A stretch of DNA of 64,000 nucleotides, from positions 2,046,001 to 2,110,000 of the forward strand of contig NC_043015.1 of the NCBI RefSeq assembly GCF_006345805.1. Direction: 5' to 3'. The notes beneath the pieces are model-generated. The model was given only the letters and a program-made list of their open reading frames with translations. It was not told the origin of the DNA and did not search any database. This DNA is from Octopus sinensis. Lineage: Eukaryota. The first letter of the stretch is position 1. Each line of letters begins with the position of its first letter. Below are positions 24,921 to 38,899 of this stretch, piece by piece. The translations under genes were made by a program, and so were the position numbers.

Positions 24921-26758
24921 CCTGTGTGTCAGCGACAATTCTACCTCAACGTTTTTAAACAGAACGGTAACACCTTATTGGATATAAGACAAACATGATT
25001 AATTTAATGATAATAAAAGATAAACACTATTAAATCATACTTATTTGCACCATATTTAATCTAAACGTGTCTAGGCAGTTTTTGAAGCAAAATATGCTTC
25101 TCGTCGTAGTATACAACATAATAAAAATCAGTTCTTCCTTTTATGAAGATAGAGTGTTCATCACACTCGTTTCAGCGGTGCGCGGTAATCTGGGAAACCG
25201 GCATTTGAATGCGTTTTCTCTCCTCAGCCAGAAACAGGAGGTAACCCTCAGCCTAAACAGAGCTCCTGGCATTGTTTATACTTTCAGCAAGCAAAATGTT
25301 TACTGTTCCGTGCTTACACCTGCCAACCTATAAAACAGTCACTGTTTACGCCGTGTATAACGAAATCCGTCACGATTGTTTGCATACATATTCTGAACAG
25401 GTTTAGGAAGTTTCGGACGCAAACTATGCAAGTCGTCAGAGAATATTTGCAAAGAAGATTATCTTCTTTGTGCATCGACTTGTGTTCAACAAAACTGGAT
25501 TTATTGACGCAGGACACAGACACCCGACATTTTTCATTATGAAAATTTATGAAATACAAGGTATTACGAAATATATGAATAACAGTGCCAATAAAGCGCC
25601 ATTTTTATGTTAATAAAATGCATTGTATACGCATTAATGTTAATAAAATGCATTGATATATAAATATCAATAAATAGATCGATGAACCGGCCTTTATGAA
25701 ATGTGTGACAGGGATAATTACAATGCATATTGTGTTCTGCCGGATTTTGGCTTGATTTCCTGATACAGTATGGGACATTGCTGGTAAGGATCAAGCAATG
25801 GGAATGAGAGATGGAAGGATAGAAATAAGATATGGACAAACTATGAAAGCTTTTGAACTTCTGCAAACATAATTTACACGTAGACAGATTACATATAACA
25901 GCAGATGCTTAAGATGTTATTAGTCAAGAGATAATTACTAATTCTGCGTAATGTAATTAGAACATAACAATTTAGTTAGATTCCTGCGATTAATAACTCG
26001 TTCGTTTCGTTTATTAAGCAGTGAGTGCTGATTATTATCGATAAGGATGTCAAGTGCCTCATGTAAACGTAATCGACATCTATGACCTGCTTTGTACCAA
26101 TGTTTTCCAGGATTATTTAACAAGCCAATGTAATTTGAACTTTACGTTCTTTTGACTTTCTGCCAAAATATGTATCCTGTCAAATCGGATGAAAGACTGT
26201 CCCGAAAGCCAGAGTGTTAAGCCAGTCTAACTTCAGAATTACTTTGAACGGTAACTAATATCCTGGAGTTTTACCGCTGCAGAGTTACTTTCATTATATA
26301 AGAACATCTTCTACTAAACAAGTAGTGTATATTTCCATCGTACTCGTTTTACCTACAGATATATTTTCCTTTATAATATTCGATATAACATGATTAATGA
26401 TATGATATAAAGTGGTGTCTGAAGAATATTCTTTCAATAATCATTCGTTGTAATCAGAACCTCGTTGTAATATTCGGTGCTATTATTAAAAATGTTCATA
26501 GAATACTTATAATAGAGATAGGTTCATTGAAAATAGATGGGCACGCTGGAAACTGGTGATAGGCATATGGAAACAGCAACAGAGGTCTCAAGCAGGTCGA
26601 GCGTTATGTCTACAAAATTTACAAGTTTAATAATTTTTTCCAAACGCAGAATATTAAAATCTTAAATTTAATCAAAATAATACAGACATAAACAGAAGCA
26701 AAACCAATATACACATGTACATATGTAAGTATACATGTATACTGACATATATGTGTGG

Positions 26759-26885
<127 letters not shown>

Positions 26886-26963
26886 ATATGTGTGTGTGTG
26901 TGTATGTATGTCTAGAAATATGTACATATGTATATATATATGTACATATATATGTTTAGTATG

Positions 26964-27035
<72 letters not shown>

Positions 27036-28112
27036 TATATATATATATATATTATATATATATAATATGTATGTATGTATTCATGTATATGTATGTTTGA
27101 ATGTACGGTGAGAGAGACAAGAAGAAAGATGGGGTGAGAGAGGGACAAAGTAACAGAATTGGAAGGAGAGATACACAAGAAAGAAAGTGTGAATCTTTGG
27201 TTGAACCACAGGAATAAATAACACATTTTTCATATATTGAACAGTTATTTAGAATTCATAGAGGCAAAATTGTATATTCTAGTTGCATATATTCAGTGTC
27301 AAAATAACAAAAAAATGTCTTGCAGATAAGTATTGAAAGCTAAAAAAAATTATTAGAATAAAACAACTTCTATGCGAGGCTATATATGTGTACGTCTGCG
27401 TAACGATATATACAAACATATATACATATATATATATATATACGCACCCGACACATATATACATATAGAAACAGAAATACATATAGATATAAATATATAT
27501 AAATGCGTTCGTTACAAACACACACATATAGGTGTTCTCATATGTTTGTATATATAGTGTCATATATAGCATTGTGTACGTACGTACCTATGTATATGTG
27601 TATGTATGTATGTATGTATGTATGTATGTATGTATGTATTTATGTATCTATGTATGTATGCACAATGTGTGTGTGTCTGGCTGATGATTGATGAATTGTA
27701 AAATGCTGTAAGACTACATTTCACAATATGTCGAGAAGTAAAATAACTGTAAGGTACCTCCAATCACCTCACAGATATTTGTATATAAAACTCAACATAC
27801 ACAAAAAGATATGTATACGTTCATATACGAGCGGGAGCGATAGCAGAAATGAGGGAGTCTGTGAAGTCTCTACTGTTGTCGAGCATCGTCTAACATTAGT
27901 CGGCGGGAATTATCTCTATTTCTTCTTTGTTTTGTGATTGGTTCTTTGTGTGCTTTTTAAGTATATGTTATTTCGCATGTTCGCATACAAATATTAATGT
28001 AAAACAACGAAAGAATAATTTAAGTTTCGTATTTCATGACAGTTAAAAGCTGCGTGCAAAATGCAGAAATATATTATAATCAGTTCAAATCAAGGCACAG
28101 AGATATACAATC

Positions 28113-28260
28113 TCAGGGAAGGGATTAATCCGATTACATCAACCTCAGCTTTAAACTGGTACTGATTTTACTGGCCTGGAAAGATGGCGGGAGAAGTTGA
28201 ACTCGGCGGAGCTTGAACACAGTGTGTAATGATGGACGAAACACCGCTAAGTATTATGTG
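28113..28260 (-). mobile_element. Diverged SINE family C
   Basis: gattacatcaacc...ctcggcggagcttgaac...gaaacaccgctaag. Confidence 0.6.
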
Positions 28261-29089
28261 TGGAAACAAGAGAGTGAGTCTGTTAACAACGCGATTTTTT
28301 TTGGACTTCCAAATGCCTTATGTACTTCATTGACTACTATTTTTGATTTAGAGTAAAATTATCAAAACTTGTTAAAATAAAAAAGAAACTGATGAGATGA
28401 GGGTGGGGCACAAAGAACTGCACAAAGACAGAAATACTGGATATGGGGAATAATTTAACAGTAAAATCATTGGAAATGATAAAGTATTTTTTGAATTTAT
28501 ATTAACCGTCAAGTTTGAGTAAAACCTAGAATTCATACTAAAACTGCACGTTGAAAAATCCGCTAAATTTGTTCGCGATACAAGACGGATGGTCATAATG
28601 TAGCTTCAAAGATTACCCTGTACTTAAATCTTTTGTTTTAGTTGTGTAACATTTCGTGAGATGTAGGTCTTGCATGTTGTTTTCCGAAGATTAAGGACCG
28701 AATTGTAGTTCCCTATTGTCATAACGTTTAGTGACACTGCGACAACAATTCCATTCCTTAAGTTGGTGATGCTCCGAACGTACTGATTATAGTATCATGT
28801 ACAAGAGTTACATAAGTCTTCCAGTGGATGTATTCGCTTAAGCATATGCGTGTATGTATTTATCCATTTATATCTACCTATAGGGAGAATTCACAAAAAA
28901 AGACGAAGACAGGTGCTGTACAAAAAACACAGATGCATTAGTATAGCGATCAGGAATACAAAAAAAGTATTTGACTTTTCGAGCCTACGCTCTTCTACAG
29001 AAACGTACACAGAAAAAAACAAGGAGAGAAATGAGGAGAGAAAAAATGTGTGTAGTGGCTAACGATCTATCAGGGCGCCTATATATATA

Positions 29090-29330
29090 TATCAACAATA
29101 AATAAAATAGGGACATTCAAAAGACAATCCAATAGTTTATTTATATATTATATAACATAATATACTATGAATATTATATAATATAACAGATAATTATTAA
29201 AACAAACTAAAAAAACAACAATTTGTTTGGACTTATATACATGTCTTGATACGCAAACGATTCAATTCACACGTATATAAGCCTCATCTAAGCAATCGGT
29301 GTGTAAACAGGCGACGTTCCGTGTGAAATA
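29090..29330 (-). mobile_element. PLE-like terminus with decayed hammerhead
   Basis: uAGAUGA, 11-bp stem ggcttatatac/gtatataagtc, cAAA, acaaattgt, T-rich tail into (AT)n. Confidence 0.45.
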
Positions 29331-29371
29331 AGAATATTTTCCTTTGCTAATTAATATATATATTATATATG

Positions 29372-29426
<55 letters not shown>

Positions 29427-29449
29427 CATACCCACACACAACACACACA

Positions 29450-29517
<68 letters not shown>

Positions 29518-30089
29518 TCTACATATATACCTTCTATATATATATCTTCTACATATATGTAGACGAGGATAATTATGTCAAATTTCGATCACAGCCGAAT
29601 ATCTAGAGGCGGAAAAGGGAAATATAGCACATATGTACGTATATTTATTTTATTGGCTGTGGGCCTAAAAATTGTTACGGAGATGTTTACATCATTGAAT
29701 CTATCTATAGCAGATGAATGGCATTTATTATTCGACTTTAATGAGAAGAAACTTCAAGCAATGTTTGGCAGAAGTTCAGATAAGAATATAGAAAAACGTA
29801 CATATCGCAACTAAAAGTGATACGATTATTTAGCCCCTGTAAAGAGTCTGCAACTGCAGAGATTTATCATATTTTATTTTAAGCAATTCATTGATCGATA
29901 GACATAAAGGAGAACTACCAAATATAAAAAAGTCAAGTAAAACTTGAAAAAAAAAAGCTACAGCAACATCAAAAACCAGAGTCAAGATAAATGAATATTA
30001 TGATGAAAGTTTTTTTTGCTGGAAGTGATAAAATCATTTTTTGAATTAAAAAAAAAATAAATACATACTTACATCATACCTACATACCT

Positions 30090-30174
30090 ACATACATACA
30101 TGTATGTGTGTATGTATGTATGTATGTATGTATGTATGTATGTATGTATGTATGTATGTATGTATGTATGTATG

Positions 30175-30209
<35 letters not shown>

Positions 30210-30410
30210 TATATGCATAACCGATATATATATATATATATCTGATATATAAATGGATGTATATATATGAGAGTGTATGTACATATATATATGTATGTGT
30301 GTATGTGTATGTGTATGTGTCTGTACCTGTGTCTGTGTGTGTGTCTGTGTGTGTGTGTGTGGTGTGTGTGTGGTGTGTGTGTGTGTGGTGTGTGTGTGTG
30401 TGTGTGTGTG
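30090..30410. repeat. Compound (ATGT)n/(AT)n/(GT)n microsatellite
   Basis: Direct reading. Confidence 0.9.
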
Positions 30411-31079
30411 TGCATGTATGTATCTATGTATGGCTCTACGTAAACGAAAACCAAATAAAAAGAAAAATTAAATTGCGGAATGGAAATATCAAAACCGCTC
30501 ATAATTCATCTCGATAGTATTTCATTACATTATTTTTTTATGTATTTATTCACAGAAAGTGATAACACCGCAGACCTGCAACGAGACTAGATTCCAATGC
30601 TGTGTGGTTTCATACCATTCTCAAGTGCATTATCTACATACTTGAGATCTCGCGGCTACACACCTGTACGGAAACAGTTTCATAGTTTCAATGCACCGAG
30701 ATATGCGCAGCCTTAGACATTGACGATGTCGATGTAACCTTCATTCCCAAAGATCATATTGTAAACATTCCGTTTTTGATTGAGAAGTCATGCAAAGATT
30801 CTTTGTGACAAAAGGATTTTAACAATCCTACCGTTGGCGTCGTTGGAAATCTCTTGTGCATTATATTTTTGATTATTTTGTATTATTTTTGTATATGTCG
30901 CCATCTTCTATCATGTCGATGATCAATGAACTAGAAACATATCCAATTTCTCTTGAGAGATTCAGAAAGGTTATTTCCCTTTTGCGAAATACATACATAC
31001 GTATACACAAAACATGCCCCTACATTCATGCATACGTACATACATACCTATATATATATATATATATTATATATATATA

Positions 31080-31268
31080 TATGTGTGTGTGTGTGTACAT
31101 ATATACGACAGGCTTCTTTCAGTTTCCGTCTACCAAATCCACTCACAAGGCATTGGTCGTCCCGGGGCTATAGCAGAAGACACTTGCCCAAGATGCCACG
31201 CAGTGGGACTGAACCCGGAACCATGTGGTTGCTTAGCAAGCTACTTACCACACAGCCACTCCTGCGCC
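31080..31268 (-). mobile_element. SINE family A, 5' half
   Basis: Head through gaaagaagcctgtcg into the microsatellite. Confidence 0.85.
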
Positions 31269-31299
<31 letters not shown>

Positions 31300-31439
31300 A
31301 TATGTATGTATGTAAGTATGTATGTATACAGATTCGAAGAGTAAATCGTCGCAATCCTATATTTTATATTTCGTACATTAATTTCGGGTCGAGTACACAA
31401 TATAGTAGGGTTATTTGGGCACCGTCTGTGATAAAAAAA

Positions 31440-32290
31440 ATGCACGTTAACGCAAATTCACCCTGCCAGAAATTTGTAAAGAACATGGTATACTCCTTGG
31501 CATTCGCACCGGAAGCTCCAATACGAACATTTCTTTCTGAAAGATTTGGATGGGTCTAATGGTGATTACAAAGATACGGCAGCTCGGAAGACTCATTCAG
31601 GTCACTCTAATAAGACAAAAACTCCTAAATTTGTTGGCGAGATCCAGCCCTTGATTGCCAACGTTCCTTTCAACTCAATGACGACCTTCACCAAGGACAG
31701 AGCAGTAGTACATGAAGATATTCAGTATTGCTCATACAAGAAGAGAAAAGGCCAATTTCTATTACAAGATATCAAGGAATATGGCAAAGCAGCACTACAA
31801 AGCTTTTCAACAAAAGCATCTCCTCCATCCGTACATGCATTGGTTTTTCTCCAAACTTCTGCTAGGATCAGATGGTGAATTGATATTTGTGTTCCCAAAT
31901 GGAGGACTGAGAGTGATAAAAATCAAACATCTAATCAACAGTATTGCGCTTGGAGTGATCATCTTCCCACATAGCGTCGCACTCAACACGGTGGCCTACA
32001 TCAAGTTGCATGAGGGGGTAGAGGTCCCCGGGTCTCAGATTGCAACTCCCTCGATTATTATTTGTAGGACACAGTTGAAGGAAGGCCCAACAAAACTCCT
32101 TGTAACACGAAAGATGAATTTAAGGCAAGTATGATTGCAGTATTCACCAACAAAGAGACCGTCCAGAAGTATTGCAGGAGATTCCGAAATCGTCTGAAGG
32201 CGGTGGTTGAAGCCAATGGCGATTTTATTGAATAAAGTAACTCTTTAGTGTTTCAAGATATATTTTATGAAAATTTAGTAAATATATCTG
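31440..32290 (+). mobile_element. Internally deleted Tc1/mariner (maT/DD37D-like) transposon
   Basis: ARKTHSGHSNKTKTPKFVGEIQ, VVHEDIQY.SYKKRKGQFL, SPDCNSLDYY, PNKTPCNTKDEFKA..RRFRNRLKAVVEANGDFIE*. Confidence 0.85.
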
Positions 32291-32308
32291 TTAAAATGAG
32301 ATATTTGT

Positions 32309-32397
<89 letters not shown>

Positions 32398-32459
32398 ATG
32401 CGTGTGTGTGTGTATGTAAATAAATGGAGTTGAACGAAGATGTTAATAAAATTCTTTTA

Positions 32460-32545
32460 CTTTCGACATATGTTTCGAAGAAAACATGGTTTTATTCCAA
32501 AGGAATAAACGGTGTAAGATGCAATCTTCTCATCAGGAATGAAAG
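32460..32545 (-). ncRNA. Type-I hammerhead ribozyme with elongated stem II (probable PLE terminus)
   Basis: ttc CUGAUGA gaaga..tcttc GAAA cauaug UC gaa; stem III palindrome ACAUAUGU; GUC site. Confidence 0.65.
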
Positions 32546-33668
32546 GGAGACTCTCTCAACAACAAGACAAAAGAATAATTACGATGACTGCCTCCATCGA
32601 AATATATATATATATAATTTCCCCCAGGCGTTACCCATTACAATTGGTCTTGGCCTGAATTTCCTGAACGTCTGTGTTCGCCGATCGTTTCCACATGTCC
32701 ACTCATCACAAATTTAATATTTTTAACTCGCCACCTACTTTTTATTTTTTTAAATTTCTGGATTCTTATGGAGTCTTTTCGTCTTGTCATTAAAAGCCCG
32801 AAACGTAATAATGAACAATCAACAACTGAGAAGGAGTTAGATTTCTTTTGATATTTGGTCCCGTACTTGCCTCTCGTTATGTGCTTAGGTATTTTTCTCC
32901 GGTAAGCATTAGTCCAACTTTTTTTGTAATAAGTGTTATAATACATACATACACCCATACATATATGCATACATACTTATGTTACGTACGGACATATATA
33001 CACATATTTTCACGTGAATTAGTATATCAACCTTGGATAACAGAAACGTGTGTAATGTTGTAACACACATATCTAGAACATTGTTTCAGTGAGTAATTTA
33101 TACCATGAATATTATTCAATAGTTAGGGCGATGACGGGCGTTTAAAGTCCAGAATATGTATGATCCGCGCGACAAAGGATGTGAATCTTATTATAATGCC
33201 TGCATTCAGATCCATGTAAATTATTGGCTGTCTCTCCCGAAAGAGTTTCTTACAATGCAATTACAACAGAAAATTTGAAATCGTCTCATTATGCCGCAAC
33301 GGCCGCATCTGTTGTGAAAGGGAACAAAATATACATCGTCTCACAGGCTGACTTACGCCACCTGATAAACCGAATGCAAATAAAAATTACGCTATAATTT
33401 AGAAATAAAATAGTAGAAACAACAATGAATTCTGTAATACAACCTTTACTAAAAATACGACGACTTTGTTCAAATTGAAAGTATTCAGCCTCTTTTTGAA
33501 AAAAATTCCTTTCTTGAAAACGTGGTTTTGTTTTCTAAGAAAAATTAGACGATTAATACAGACTTTTTACTCAGATAACTTTAGGCTGTGCAGAGAGAGA
33601 AAGAGACAATATGCAAGATGACGCCTGAAGGTTGCCTGCAGAACACAACAAATGACGAGCCTCATTTT

Positions 33669-33860
33669 CTAAGTGACGTTTTTCAAAGACTGATACAATT
33701 CTCTTTCTTCAACCACCTGTTCTTTGGAATTGGCTGTCAGAATCTTTATGATTCCCTCTGCTGACATTTGCTCGTAGAAGTCGCTGTCGTTGAAAGAATG
33801 AAGGAATTTATCGAGTAATGCATTTGGAAATTGTTGGATAAAAGTAACAGAACAAGATAC
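33669..33860 (-). other. Candidate coding exon or transposase remnant (63 open codons)
   Basis: After ...cacctAG: VSCSVTFIQQFPNALLDKFLHSFNDSDFYEQMSAEGIIKILTANSKEQVVEERELYQSLKNVT*. Protein-like composition, not identified. Confidence 0.25.
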
Positions 33861-34347
33861 CTAGGTGTACTGAATAGACCGAATATACAATTATTTGAAT
33901 AAGAAATGTTAATTAAAAGTGTAGGTAAAATAATCTGTTTTAAAATTTTCTTTTAGATTTTGACAGACACAGCCGACAGAAGCAAGATTAGAAAATTAGA
34001 TATTAACATAGATGTTGTATAGATAGAATTACAGAAACCTAAACCAACTAACCCGAAACTAATTCCATCTTCATCTCTTACTTTCATCCAAGTCATGATG
34101 GCAAGATATTCGTAAAGTTTGAAATATCAAATAACTCACTTTGACTTCAAACCCATTGAGTGTTTTCTTTTAATTTACAGAAACCTTAGTTCTATGAGCG
34201 ATAGATATCTATGTGTCTTACACTGTATGTGTGTCTCACTCTGTCCGTCTCTGTCTCTGTCTCTCTCTTACAAAGTACTCACACGTACACCCTGCTTATA
34301 TATATTAGATAGATAGAAAACTAAATTGATATAGTTATGCATGAATG

Positions 34348-34409
<62 letters not shown>

Positions 34410-34529
34410 TATATATATATATACATATATAGATGCACACGTATGCATACATATATATATATATACATGCACATATATACATATATATATATATATGTAT
34501 ATATATGTATGTATGTATATATGTATATA

Positions 34530-34620
<91 letters not shown>

Positions 34621-35359
34621 CATACATACATATGTATATATTGAGAATCAAATTATATATATCAGAATGCAGTACGTAATGAAGGTCTACATAAGTCTTA
34701 CCACATATAGATTATAAAGCAATATAATACACCCACTTATTCATGCGGACGCACACATACGTATACGGTTTTAGAAGTGAATCGGGCAACTGTTTATATA
34801 AAGCTGCTTAGTCGAATGTATAAACATTGGTGTCACAAAACCGAGCTTCAATATTAGTTCATGCTGCATAGAATATTTCCCTAAAATATGTTACGTAACA
34901 TCTATTTGCCACACGCTGTTGCAGTAAACCTCTTGAGAATGAAACATACGAAAGGATTTTAATTATAATTTGCATATATCAGCTTGCTGACCACAGCAGC
35001 ACCTTATCACGGCTAAATTTTATTTGTTGCCAAATTCGGCGGTAGTGAGATCCAGGGTAGGTGTTAAAGGAAATTGTGGTGAGAGTTGTCAGTGACTCCG
35101 CCGTCTATCTCAATAGTTTACGCAGTGTAATGTTAAGAAAATAGAGCTTAACAATCGATTTGAAAAAAAAAATGTTTATAAAGACTGACTTTAAGCAAGG
35201 GAAGAACAAAAATATATAAAATCACCGAAAGTTTACTAGCGAAAGTGGTTATAAAATTCCCAAGCGAATCCCCTAGAAAACAAAGACGTATGGCACTGAC
35301 AAAAACAACTTCGACAACAACAATAATTATTTCAAAATTTTTGCGAAAAGGACAGCTTG

Positions 35360-35522
35360 AAATGAGCCGATTATATCGACTCCAGGGTTCAACTAGTACT
35401 TATTTTATCGACCCCCAGGGAGTGAAATGAAAAGTCAACTCAGAAGGTAACGATGGGCGAAATATTAATAAGCATTTCGTCCTGCACGCTACCGATTCTG
35501 CGAGCTCGCCGCCTTGTCGACA
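35360..35522 (-). mobile_element. SINE family C
   Basis: gattctgcgagctcgccgcc head; ttttatcgacccc core. Confidence 0.75.
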
Positions 35523-35574
35523 ACAGTAATGACGGCACGAATAAGAACAGAATTAAAATAAGAGAATATATATA

Positions 35575-35783
35575 CAGTAATCCTTCCAATACCGCGGGTG
35601 TTCTGTTCCCAAATACCCCGCGATAGGGAAAAATCCGCGAAATAGAAACAGTACTGTACAGCATATTTAAAAAAAACGTACTTTTATAATTTGTATATAT
35701 TTATGTTATTATAACGGCGGAATCGACGTATATTTACATAATAAACGGCGGGAAGTGAACTGCGATATAGCAAGGGATTAATC
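35575..35783. mobile_element. pogo/Tigger-like MITE
   Basis: Imperfect TIRs cagtaatccttccaataccgcgg / ctgcgatatagcaagggattaatc, flanked by TA. Confidence 0.55.
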
Positions 35784-35899
35784 TATATAGATACATAAAT
35801 ATATATATATATACACATACAAACATACCCAAGTGTGGGTGTGCATTTGAGTGTGAGTAAGTGTGCCGGTGTGTGTATACATACCTACACACACACACA

Positions 35900-35938
<39 letters not shown>

Positions 35939-35960
35939 TGTGTGTGTTTGTGCGTGTGTT

Positions 35961-36015
<55 letters not shown>

Positions 36016-36354
36016 ATGCATGCATGTGCTTATGTTTGCATGTGTAAGAAAGTCTTTGTTCCTGTTTAAAATTCCCTGATGGACAGAAGCCGCCAGTATT
36101 CCCTAGAGATCCGTTGCTCTCCGCACTGCTTAACACAGGTTTTTTTTTATGGCAATGCCAAATACATGAATGTATGTGCGTGTGCGAATATCTATGTTTG
36201 TATATATACAAATAATATATACATAGACATACATATACGTATACATATATGCATATATATACATATATATACGTATGTATATATGTATACACATATGCAA
36301 GTATATAGAATTCATATTATTTGATTGAACGCCACGCATCCATCTCCAAACATG

Positions 36355-36402
<48 letters not shown>

Positions 36403-36500
36403 CATATATATACATACTTTCATAAATATGTATGTAGGTGACATACATACACATACAAGCGTATATTTCAATAGATATCTATCGCTGTGTGTGTGTCTGT

Positions 36501-36546
<46 letters not shown>

Positions 36547-36705
36547 ACATATATATGTGGATCTTGTGATAATTCTGCTGGCCAAATCCACAGAGAATGC
36601 TACCTGATGAAGTAATCTGCTACGACCATAAATACACACACATTTTTGTACGTGTTTGTATTTATGTGTGTATGTGGTGTTACGAACAGTTTTGTTGGTC
36701 TCCCC

Positions 36706-37190
36706 CTAAACCGAGTTCCACACATAATAATCAAGGGGGTTGCCGGCTGGGGACTTAGGTGACCAGATGTTGGGGGTGATGTTGTCGCAGAAATTGTCTG
36801 ACAGCCATGACTGGAATCTCCTGCTTGTGTGGCATGGTGAACTGTAAGTTATGTTACCAGAGAGGATCTTCAAGTAGCCACCCTTTTCACCTACGGCAAC
36901 ACTACTGCTCCAGGCTCTTGATGTAGGCCTCCGTTTTAATTGTGGCAAGATGAACGGAGGCACGACGTCGCCATCACTATTGTTCACTCCAAACACCATT
37001 ATGCCGACTGGATGTCTGATATTCATATCTCGCGGTACATGCTTCAGGAGCACGGCAATCCAACGGTTGTTGTGCGTGTTCACCATCTCTTTGTATTGGA
37101 GATTTCAGTGCGAATGCCAAGAAGTATAGCATGTCGTTTCCAAATTTTTGGAATTGGGAATTGCGTCATGGTGCCCAACAGACCTATTAT
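36706..37190 (-). pseudogene. maT/DD37D-like transposase fragment, same family as 31440-32290
   Basis: HPVGIMVFGVNNSDGDVVPPFI, SPCHTSRRFQSWLSDNFCDNITPNIWSPKSPAGNPLDYYVW. Confidence 0.9.
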
Positions 37191-37261
37191 ATTGTGAACT
37201 CGTCAAATAATAAAAAAAAAAAACAAACAAACAATGCACATGCGCGAAATAAAAAATATGC

Positions 37262-37293
<32 letters not shown>

Positions 37294-38204
37294 CAGACAT
37301 ACTCAAAAATGTTAACACAAACTCACGCATAAAGGCATAGGCACACACACTCACTCGCAGACTTACATCTACACATACAAACACGCATAGACGAACACAC
37401 AAAAACACATGAACACACATGCATACACGCACTTTCTGGTATGGAAAGAGCATCGCTCAACAAGAGGTAACACGAATGGCGGGAAACAACTTCACTCCTA
37501 TGTAAAGGGAGGTGTGTAAATAACCTCTGGGTTTGAAATTTAGAATCGAATGAAATGTAAGAAAAATGGGATTATATTGCGGGTAGATTAGGCAACATTT
37601 AGAAGAATTGTTAGAAAGGGAGAAAAAATGAGAAGAATAAATGAAAGTTTGAGTAATGAACAAAGGGTAGGGGTGAAAATATTACGTCGAGTGCAATATG
37701 ATAGATTTCACAGGGGCAATTCGAAGTGAAGTTTGAGAAGCATCTCTCCAAAGAAGGATTCATTTTGTGTCCCTTTTATAAAGAATTTATGTCAAAACAT
37801 TTTCTCCCTTCGTTTTGAAAATTTTGTAAGCAAGTTTGGCAATGGCGAAGAAGGGAGTAAATAGTTGTGGGGTATGAGTGCAGAGTAATGAATGGTAGAA
37901 ACGGTTTCTCTCCTTTAACTAGGTTTGTTTTTGTTTGGGTTTTGCTACTGAAGTCAGTTAAGTGACGATTTTAAAGAAGCAATATGAAAGATGCACCATA
38001 TTCTCATAGCTAATCAAAATATATATGTCCGTATAATTTTGTATATGTGTATACGTGCATTGTGTATGTATGTATGTACGTATGAATGTAGCTATATATG
38101 TATGCATGTACACACACACACACACACATATATATACACATACACACACATGTACATATCCACACACACATGCACACATTGTACATATCTGTGTGTGTGT
38201 GTAT

Positions 38205-38442
38205 TTATATGCTGAGACTCCCCTCGGTCATGACTGACCATGAGATTGCACCTAGACAGTTTATCTCCCAGGCACAAGTCACCTATGCATAACCGCCTCC
38301 ACTATCCACGCCACCAGTGTTATCCAAAGGAAAAGCAAACGAGCCGATACACCTCGGCACCTGGGACGTCGCAACATATTTCTACAGCAGAGTGAACTGA
38401 AGCAACGTGAAATAGAGTTTTGCTCAAGAACACAACACGTAA
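38205..38442 (-). mobile_element. SINE family D, central and 3' part
   Basis: gtgttgtgttcttgagcaaaactc..ttcacgttgcttcagttcactc core followed by a LINE-like tail (tggataacactggtggcgtgga). Confidence 0.6.
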
Positions 38443-38899
38443 CCTCACATGTATATATCCATATACATGTGCAGACAAGCATACAAACTCAGATGCTCGT
38501 ATATTTGTCTTTGGGAAACATGGTACATTCGTAAAAATAATTGCGTGCAAAAATTTTAAATCCATTCAAATTTGCAAAGAAAAAATTTAAAGCATTTCTG
38601 AAAAGTAAGCTTGTGCACCAACGCTAAATTTAACTCTTTTGTACATACACGCACATGCTAATCAAACCGTTATTTTTATTCATCCTTGTATGATCCCTAA
38701 AGTCGTAAAAAAAATAATTTATAACGTATAATAAATTAATATAGTTAAAGAATTTTCTGAAGAAAACATCCAGTCACAAAACATTGTCAACTGAATTTGA
38801 AAAATGTTATACATAAAACTAAGATGGTTTGCTGAGCATTCCATAAGTTGACTATTGGAGCTGTGGAACTTTGCATGTATTCATTTTACCCCTTCTTAT

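Noticed and set aside
25205-25250. Possible microexon (tctcctcagccag aaacaggag gtaacc)
   Set aside because: Splice-like motifs of this quality occur by chance; no host gene context.
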